A stretch of 6,061 nucleotides of DNA. It comes from an uncultured Gammaproteobacteria bacterium (GTDB lineage: Bacteria > Patescibacteriota > Microgenomatia > Daviesbacterales > UBA10151). The notes under the pieces were generated by a model, which saw only the letters and a program-made list of their open reading frames with translations, was not told the DNA's origin and made no database searches. Below, piece by piece: positions 1 through 4,354 of the stretch. Position numbers and translations under genes: made by a program. The stretch's first letter is position 1; each line of letters begins with the position of its first letter. Location: contig CAZFVS010000066.1 in NCBI GenBank assembly GCA_964522265.1, positions 1 to 6,061 on the forward strand. Direction: 5' to 3'.

Positions 1-16
1 TGATTAGAAAGTCAAA
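1..16 (-). repeat. Copy 1 of a 16-nt direct repeat that reads as a -35-like TTGACT on the minus strand
   Basis: TGATTAGAAAGTCAAA (1-16) matches GGATTTGAAAGTCAAA (137-152) at 14/16 positions. The 10-nt core GAAAGTCAAA is identical (7-16 and 143-152). The reverse complement contains TTGACT (15->10), facing leftward out of the window. Confidence 0.5.
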
Positions 17-31
17 TAATAAATACCTCCG

Positions 32-102
32 TGGACCGGACGGGAGTCGAACCCGCATTTTCTACTTGAGGGGTAGTTGGTCTGCCGTTAACCTACCGGC
101 TC
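32..102 (-). tRNA. tRNA-like gene, 71 nt, anticodon loop CCCUCAA (anticodon CUC = Glu under standard numbering); atypical at several conserved positions
   Basis: The reverse complement of 32-102 folds as a cloverleaf. Acceptor GAGCCGG/CCGGTCC; U8; D arm GGTT-AACGGCA-GACC (A14, G18G19, A21 present); anticodon arm ACTAC-CCCTCAA-GTAGA; 4-nt variable loop AAAT; T arm GCGGG-TTCGACT-CCCGT (canonical T54 T55 C56 R57 A58); discriminator A. No CCA is encoded. Deviations: A2.C71 mismatch, A27.A43 mismatch, and C instead of U at position 33. Confidence 0.6.
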
Positions 103-121
103 AATTCACGGAGGCTGGTGG

Positions 122-151
122 ATTATTACAAAGTTTGGATTTGAAAGTCAA
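122..151 (-). promoter_or_regulatory. Candidate sigma70-type promoter for the tRNA-like gene
   Basis: On the minus strand: TTGACT (151->146), 18-nt spacer, then TGT-AATAAT (130->122), an extended -10 with a 5/6 hexamer. The predicted start is near 115, about 13 nt upstream of the tRNA 5' end and at the first base of the leader helix CCUCCGUG. Confidence 0.45.
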
Positions 152-152
152 A
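137..152 (-). repeat. Copy 2 of the 16-nt direct repeat; contains the -35 of the tRNA promoter
   Basis: GGATTTGAAAGTCAAA matches 1-16 at 14/16. It also contains the small palindrome TTTGA-aag-TCAAA, which reads TTGAAA on plus and TTGACT on minus. Confidence 0.5.
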
Positions 153-177
153 ACGAAAGAAAAGATTAGGAGCGAGC

Positions 178-1188
178 ATGAGTAACCAAATGATTAATCA
201 AAAAGCATGCTTAAATCCTAAACTATTTGATAAGGATATTGAGCAGGTGCCTTCCAGGATGGGGTTTGGGGAGGGGCTGGTTTTGGCAGGGGAGGAGAAC
301 CCTAATGTTGTTGGTCTTTGTGCGGATCTGACAGGTTCTACCAAGATGGACGCCTTTGCCAAAAAATTCCCTGAAAGATTTGTGCAGATCGGCGTGGCGG
401 AACAAAATTTAGCAACTGTAGCTTCAGGTATGTCAGCAGCAGGCAAAATCCCCTTTATATCCTCTTATGCCATGTTTTCCCCTGGACGAAACTGGGAGCA
501 GATCCGCACAACTGTCTGTTACAACAACCAGCCTGTAAAAATTATCGGTTCACATGCCGGAATTTCAGTGGGGCCTGACGGTGCAACTCACCAGGCCCTG
601 GAGGATATGGCAATTACCAGGGTAATTCCTAATATGGTAGTGATTGCGCCATGTGACACCATTGAAGCCAGGAAAGCTACACAAGCTGTGGCACGCACCA
701 AAGAGCCTTCTTACATCAGGTTGTCCCGCGAAAAAGTTCCGGTTGTGACAACCCAGCAGACCCCATTTGAGATTGGTAAAGCCCAGGTTTTTTATGAAGG
801 TAAAGACGTTACAGTCATTGGATGCGGGCAGATGGTTTACCGCGCGCTTTTGGCGGCTAAAAAACTTGCCGAACCTGAGAAAGGTAAAATAAGTGTTCGA
901 GTAATAAATTGCCACACAATTAAGCCTTTGGAAAAGAAAACCATCGTGCAAGCTGTGGAAGAAACCGGGGCAATAGTCACTGTTGAAGAGCATCAGGCTG
1001 CTGGGGGGTTGGGGTCGGCTGTGGCGGAACTTGTTTCCCAAAATTACCCTGTACCTATAAAAATTGTAGGAATTGAAGACCATTTTGGAGAATCAGGTGA
1101 ACCTGATGAACTGTTGGAAAAATTCGGGCTGACGGTGGAAGCGATCATTAAAGCAGTTACACACGTTCTTCGGTTAAAAAATAAGTAA
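178..1188 (+). CDS. Transketolase, C-terminal subunit of a split (two-polypeptide) transketolase: pyrimidine-binding plus C-terminal domains
   Basis: 336-aa ORF with AGGAG (168-172) 5 nt upstream of the ATG. Motifs match the transketolase/DXS pyrimidine-binding domain (FVQIGVAEQNLATVASGMS, GSHAGISVGPDGATHQALEDMAITRVIPNM), followed by a C-terminal domain (VINCHTIKPLEKK..., VEEHQAAGGLGSAV). The length fits the C-terminal half alone, and no TPP-binding N-terminal domain is present. Confidence 0.9.
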   Translation: MSNQMINQKACLNPKLFDKDIEQVPSRMGFGEGLVLAGEENPNVVGLCADLTGSTKMDAFAKKFPERFVQIGVAEQNLATVASGMSAAGKIPFISSYAMFSPGRNWEQIRTTVCYNNQPVKIIGSHAGISVGPDGATHQALEDMAITRVIPNMVVIAPCDTIEARKATQAVARTKEPSYIRLSREKVPVVTTQQTPFEIGKAQVFYEGKDVTVIGCGQMVYRALLAAKKLAEPEKGKISVRVINCHTIKPLEKKTIVQAVEETGAIVTVEEHQAAGGLGSAVAELVSQNYPVPIKIVGIEDHFGESGEPDELLEKFGLTVEAIIKAVTHVLRLKNK

Positions 1189-1458
1189 CTAATCAGGAAC
1201 TCCGCGTTTTTTGCCTTTCTCCACTAAAAACAGAAGATGATCCAGATCCAATTTGTGCCTGAAATTTTCCTCCAATATCTCATCAAGGCTTTGGTATGTA
1301 GGGGTTTCGTCTACCCGCACCCAAACAGCCTGTTTGTCGGGGTCAACAAAAACGATTTTTCGCTCACTCTCTGGCATAAATGTTTTATAGCCTATGCGGT
1401 AAATGGTTGTCAATAGCGGAATATTGACTTTTGGTATATAATGTTTATATCCCCCCAT
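1189..1458 (-). CDS. Small hypothetical protein (89 aa maximal ORF; a 62-aa version starting at ATG 1377 is at least as likely)
   Basis: This is the only long ORF filling the 270-nt gap between tkt and the copper operon. Its TAG stop (1191->1189) directly abuts the tkt TAA (1186-1188). The internal Met at 1377 lies 6 nt downstream of a good minus-strand promoter (TTGACA-18-TATAAA). The acidic C-terminal half has no motif I recognise. Confidence 0.45.
   Translation of the reverse strand: MGGYKHYIPKVNIPLLTTIYRIGYKTFMPESERKIVFVDPDKQAVWVRVDETPTYQSLDEILEENFRHKLDLDHLLFLVEKGKKRGVPD
1384..1413 (-). promoter_or_regulatory. Candidate sigma70-type promoter giving a leaderless transcript for the small minus-strand ORF
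   Basis: On the minus strand: perfect TTGACA (1413->1408), 18-nt spacer, TATAAA (1389->1384), then 6 nt (ACATTT), then ATG at 1377->1375. No Shine-Dalgarno sequence is present in between. Confidence 0.45.
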
Positions 1459-1470
1459 AGGGGATATAAT
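1432..1470 (+). promoter_or_regulatory. Promoter region of the copper operon with two consensus -10 hexamers
   Basis: TATAAT occurs at 1437-1442, preceded by TGG-TATATA (1432-1440), which is extended -10-like. A second TATAAT at 1465-1470 lies 7 nt before ATG 1478, so it would give a leaderless or 1-nt-leader mRNA. There is no Shine-Dalgarno sequence before 1478. No convincing -35 is present at 17 bp for either hexamer. Confidence 0.4.
1445..1469. promoter_or_regulatory. Perfect 10-bp inverted repeat TTATATCCCC-ccata-GGGGATATAA; candidate CsoR operator of the copper operon
   Basis: Arms 1445-1454 and 1460-1469 are exact reverse complements separated by a 5-nt spacer. The layout (C4/G4 tracts inside AT-rich flanks) is the style of known CsoR operators. 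It overlaps the TATAAT at 1465-1470 and lies 9 nt upstream of the first operon ATG. A CsoR with the full Cu(I) ligand set is encoded at 3804-4073. Confidence 0.55.
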
Positions 1471-1477
1471 CTAGTTT

Positions 1478-1987
1478 ATGAATGAAAAAAAGTTGATTAT
1501 TGGGTTTATTGCAGCAACAATCCTTCTTTTGGGCGGAAGTGTGGTGTTTGTGAGCAGTTCATCGGCTCCTAAAGCTATTCAAATCTCACAAAACGCCAAA
1601 GTTGAAACCCCTGAAACCTCATTTGATTGGGGCGAAATTAAATACGACGGCCCCAAAGCTACAAAAACATTTAAAATTAAAAATGCCGGTTCCGACAGCC
1701 TGCAGCTGACAAAAGTAAAAACATCCTGTACCTGTACTACAGCTCAGGTAGTTATTAATCCTAGTGACCCTAATGCGAAAAGAAGCCCTATTTTCAGTAT
1801 GCATGCTGCCGCTGACTGGTTAGGTGAGGTTCCTCCGGGGCAGGAGGCAGATTTGGTGGTAATATTTGACCAGTCATTCCATGGGCCCTCGGGGGTTGGT
1901 TCTATAGAAAGATTAATTTCAGTGGAAACAAATGATGCAAAAAGTCCAAAACTTGAGTTTACACTAAAAGGCAATGTTGTCAAATGA
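1478..1987 (+). CDS. Signal-anchored DUF1573-type protein (Ig-like fold family) with a CxC motif
   Basis: 169 aa. The N-terminus is MNEKK followed by a hydrophobic helix and then SSSSAPKA, consistent with N-in/C-out topology or a cleavable signal. The core FDWGEIKYDGPKATKTFKIKNAGSDSLQLTKVKTSCTCT matches the DUF1573 signature (FDFG.I..G......F.F.N.G...L.I..V..SCGCT). Cys84 and Cys86 are at 1727-1735. The stop overlaps the next start (ATGA, 1984-1987). Confidence 0.85.
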   Translation: MNEKKLIIGFIAATILLLGGSVVFVSSSSAPKAIQISQNAKVETPETSFDWGEIKYDGPKATKTFKIKNAGSDSLQLTKVKTSCTCTTAQVVINPSDPNAKRSPIFSMHAAADWLGEVPPGQEADLVVIFDQSFHGPSGVGSIERLISVETNDAKSPKLEFTLKGNVVK

Positions 1988-2964
1988 AAAGAAAATTAAA
2001 AAAAATTTTAAAGCGGGCAATACCGCTGTGGATGGTCATAATACTTATACTGGATGCTTCCATGCTGGTTGGAATTTCGGAATATGTTTTGATGAAAAAA
2101 CAGCTCAGTCAAGCTGTTTTAAGTCTTTCTAAAATCACTGATTCTGACGGATTGATCCAGATCCTGAAACAGGAAGTTATCCCCGCCGGTGGATACACAG
2201 CCTCAGTTAAATGGAAAAATTTAGGCCAACAGTTGGTGGAAGCGGGTGCAATTGATGAGGAAAAATACCGGGAGATTTTCAGCGGCGACGAGATGAAATA
2301 TTTAAACGGAAGTTATGATGAAAATATTAAAATTAACGAGAAGAACTCACGTTTTTTAGTTAACACTTTCTGGGCGTTGGGTTTGGTAAACAAGTCAAGA
2401 GTGTTAGACGCAGGCCCGATGAAAAGTGAGGGTATAGAGACAGGTAATATGGCTTCAACAGGCGGTTGGACACTGGGCAAACTGCAACCAATGGAACTTT
2501 ATTCCTCAAAAGAATTGATTAAACTTACCGACCAGCAGCAGGAACTGGTTAAAAAAATAGCCCAAAATATCTACCGACCCTGTTGTGACAACAGCACCTA
2601 TTTTCCGGACTGCAACCACGGTATGGCTGTTTTGGGTTATATAGAGTATGCAGTTTCGGAAGGGCTTTCAGAAAATCAAATCTATAAGGATATCCTGGCG
2701 CTTAATTCTTACTGGTTTCCTCAGAATTATTTGGATATGGTGGAATATTTTAACCGCGATCTTTTTAAAACAAAACCCCAAACGCTTGCACAAAAAATCC
2801 TCAAGTTTGGCGCTGATCCCAAAAAAGATATTAAATGGTCCAGCCTTGATCCCAAAGTTTTGTTGTCCAAAGAGTATTCTTCTGCGGGTGGTGCGAAAAA
2901 GATCCAAAAAGAGGTAGAGGATATTAAGGGGTCTCCGATCCAGGGGGGAGGGTGCAGCGCTTAA
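1984..2964 (+). CDS. Membrane-anchored extracytoplasmic protein of unassigned family with a CC-x8-C-x-H motif
   Basis: 326 aa. A very basic N-terminus (MKRKLKKILKR) and one TM helix predict N-in/C-out topology with a roughly 285-aa outside domain. The conserved-looking block is GNMASTGGWTLG ... IYRPCCDNSTYFPDCNHGMAVLGY (Cys200-Cys201 at 2581-2586; Cys210 and His212 at 2611-2619). The C-terminal tail is QGGGCSA. It is coupled by ATGA upstream and TAATG downstream. I recognise no Pfam family. Confidence 0.8.
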   Translation: MKRKLKKILKRAIPLWMVIILILDASMLVGISEYVLMKKQLSQAVLSLSKITDSDGLIQILKQEVIPAGGYTASVKWKNLGQQLVEAGAIDEEKYREIFSGDEMKYLNGSYDENIKINEKNSRFLVNTFWALGLVNKSRVLDAGPMKSEGIETGNMASTGGWTLGKLQPMELYSSKELIKLTDQQQELVKKIAQNIYRPCCDNSTYFPDCNHGMAVLGYIEYAVSEGLSENQIYKDILALNSYWFPQNYLDMVEYFNRDLFKTKPQTLAQKILKFGADPKKDIKWSSLDPKVLLSKEYSSAGGAKKIQKEVEDIKGSPIQGGGCSA

Positions 2965-3797
2965 TGGAAAATATACTTTTTCAAACATCTCTTATTGCGG
3001 CATTTGTAGCAGGGATGGTGGCTTTATTTGCCCCATGCTGTATTACATTTCTTCTGCCAGCCTATTTGGGGAGTATTTTCAAAGAGAAAGAAAAAGTTTT
3101 ATTGATGACCATGGTTTTCGGCGCAGGCATTTTCGTTGTTTTACTGCCGGCGGTTTTGGGTGTAGCCTACATTTCAAAGTTTTTATTTGATAACCATGAT
3201 TTTGTATATATTTTAGGAGCTGTCATGATGATGACTGTTGCCGTCACGACATTTTTGGGACTGAAGCTTCCCATGCCCCACCTTCCGGGAGCTGATCGGC
3301 AAAAACATGATATTTTATCAATCTTTACCCTTGGCATATTTTCCGGGATTACCAGTGCCTGTTGTGCTCCTGTTTTGATCGGAATATTAACTTTAACATT
3401 TCTTTCACCCAGCTTTTTGGGTGCCATAATAATAGGGGGGATGTATGTATTGGGTATGGTTATGCCGCTTCTTTTGATCTCAATTTTTTTAGACGGCAAG
3501 ATGCCGGCTGTTTCAGTACTAAGGAAGTGTCTTTTTGAAATAAAAATTTTCGGAAAAAATTATGCTGTTTTAACTAGTAATTTAATTGCTTCCGTAATCT
3601 TCTTGTTTACCGGTTGGTTGATACTGCTTCTGACTCTGCAAGGAAAATTGGCGATGGGAAGCATACAAAAATATACCGCAACTATTACCAACGCTTTCAA
3701 TTATATAAACAGCTATACGGGGAATAATCTATTCATTAACATAGCATTTGTATTTTTGCTGGTGCTTTTGCTTTATAAAATAGGAAAAAAATTGTAA
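2964..3797 (+). CDS. CcdA/DsbD-family integral membrane protein (cytochrome c biogenesis-type thiol-disulfide transporter fold), variant with vicinal Cys pairs
   Basis: 277 aa from ATG 2964 (TAATG overlap with the upstream stop; GGAGG at 2947-2951). About 7 predicted TM helices. TM1 reads FAPCCITFLLPAYL, compared with CcdA SPCvlPLlP.Y. TM4 reads GITSACCAPVLIGIL, compared with CcdA tPCigPiLg. Both pseudo-symmetric halves therefore carry CC (3036-3041 and 3360-3365) where CcdA has a single Cys. Confidence 0.85.
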   Translation: MENILFQTSLIAAFVAGMVALFAPCCITFLLPAYLGSIFKEKEKVLLMTMVFGAGIFVVLLPAVLGVAYISKFLFDNHDFVYILGAVMMMTVAVTTFLGLKLPMPHLPGADRQKHDILSIFTLGIFSGITSACCAPVLIGILTLTFLSPSFLGAIIIGGMYVLGMVMPLLLISIFLDGKMPAVSVLRKCLFEIKIFGKNYAVLTSNLIASVIFLFTGWLILLLTLQGKLAMGSIQKYTATITNAFNYINSYTGNNLFINIAFVFLLVLLLYKIGKKL

Positions 3798-3803
3798 AAA
3801 AAT

Positions 3804-4073
3804 ATGGCATACAGACCTAAAGATTCTAAAGAGAGGACCTTGCACAGGCTTAAAATTGCCCAGGGCCATCTGAAAAAGGTGGTTAGTATGATGCAAAATG
3901 GCCAATATTGTATAGATATCCTGCATCAATCTAATGCAGTACAGCGGGCGCTCAAAGAAGCGGACAGTATGATTTTGGAAAACCATCTTAAAACCTGCGC
4001 AGCGGATGCTATTCAAAATGGTAGAAAAGAAGAGGCAATTTCTGAGATAATGAACGTGTTCAAAAAAAGTTAA
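3804..4073 (+). CDS. csoR: CsoR-family copper-sensing transcriptional repressor (CsoR/RcnR/FrmR, DUF156 fold)
   Basis: 89 aa. RLKIAQGHLKKVVSMMQNGQYCIDILHQSNAVQRALKEADSMILENHLKTC carries the family core. The x-C-H-C ligand fingerprint (Y-C ... H-x3-C) is diagnostic of Cu(I)-sensing CsoR rather than RcnR or FrmR. Confidence 0.92.
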   Translation: MAYRPKDSKERTLHRLKIAQGHLKKVVSMMQNGQYCIDILHQSNAVQRALKEADSMILENHLKTCAADAIQNGRKEEAISEIMNVFKKS

Positions 4074-4084
4074 GGAGGTGAAGA

Positions 4085-4354
4085 ATGATGTTAAAACCTT
4101 ACGCTTTTGCCAATGCCTTTACTGTGGTTAGCTTGGCAATTTATGCTATCTGCAGGATCTTATCTCTTTTGGCGCCGGAGTTCCTTTTCAATATTTCTAC
4201 GAGCTGGTTTCATACTTTCAGCCTGGCAAGTTTGAAAGGCACAATTCCTTTTGATTTGGGAATGTTTATTTTTGGGGCTGTAACCTTGAGTGTGTTGGTA
4301 TGGGTAACTGCATATGCGGGAGCGCTGCTTTACAACAGGTGGGCTAATGGATAA
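4085..4354 (+). CDS. Small 2-TM membrane protein, function unknown (possibly the DUF5676-like family seen next to metal ATPases; low-confidence family call)
   Basis: 89 aa with a strong RBS: AGGAGG (4073-4078) 6 nt before the ATG. Two hydrophobic helices (FTVVSLAIYAICRILSLLAP and LGMFIFGAVTLSVLVWVTAYAGALLY). The C-terminus is LLYNRWANG. It overlaps the next gene by 8 nt. Confidence 0.7.
   Translation: MMLKPYAFANAFTVVSLAIYAICRILSLLAPEFLFNISTSWFHTFSLASLKGTIPFDLGMFIFGAVTLSVLVWVTAYAGALLYNRWANG

Noticed and set aside
110-144. GGAGG at 110-114 followed by GTG 118 as a mini-ORF
   Set aside because: It encodes only 8 codons (VDYYKVWI). The GGAGG is accounted for as the complement of the tRNA leader helix.
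1-152. Direct repeats flanking the tRNA as att sites or the boundary of an integrated island carrying the copper operon
   Set aside because: The repeats flank only the tRNA itself, not the operon. They are better explained as a shared -35 region (TTGACT on the minus strand). No integrase, transposase or tRNA 3'-end duplication is visible in the window.
198-1083. Minus-strand ORFs inside the transketolase gene (198-446, 223-405, 565-1083)
   Set aside because: They lie entirely antisense to a strongly supported CDS. Their translations are low-complexity or Cys/Arg/Phe-rich with no motifs. This is typical of shadow ORFs.
1171-1215. Possible intrinsic terminator after tkt (T-run at 1207-1212)
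   Set aside because: The only pairing I could find ahead of the T-run (CGGTT / AACTCCG) is weak and interrupted, and the region is coding on the opposite strand.
2000-2007. A8 homopolymer at codons 6-8 of gene 1984-2964 (and A7 runs near 1488, 3784, 3796 and 4700) as phase-variation tracts
   Set aside because: They encode Lys-rich N-termini or lie in A-rich spacers of an AT-rich genome. The lengths are short for efficient slippage and nothing suggests on/off switching.
2952-2963. GTG start at 2952 for the CcdA-like gene (track version MQRLMENILF)
   Set aside because: The GGAGG at 2947-2951 would be 0 nt from that GTG. ATG 2964 gives a workable spacing and a TAATG stop/start overlap, and the hydrophobic TM1 begins right after it. 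It is kept as an alternative only.
3745-3803. Internal promoter for csoR in the 3' end of the permease gene (TATAAA at 3774-3779)
   Set aside because: No acceptable -35 lies at 16-19 bp, and the A/T richness makes isolated -10-like hexamers uninformative. It is left as an open question in the findings.
4314-4346. ATG 4314 start for the cupredoxin-like gene (MRERCFTTGGL extension)
   Set aside because: It would overlap the upstream gene by 41 nt and has no SD. ATG 4347 is preceded by AGGTGGG and places the TM helix at the extreme N-terminus, as is usual for this family.
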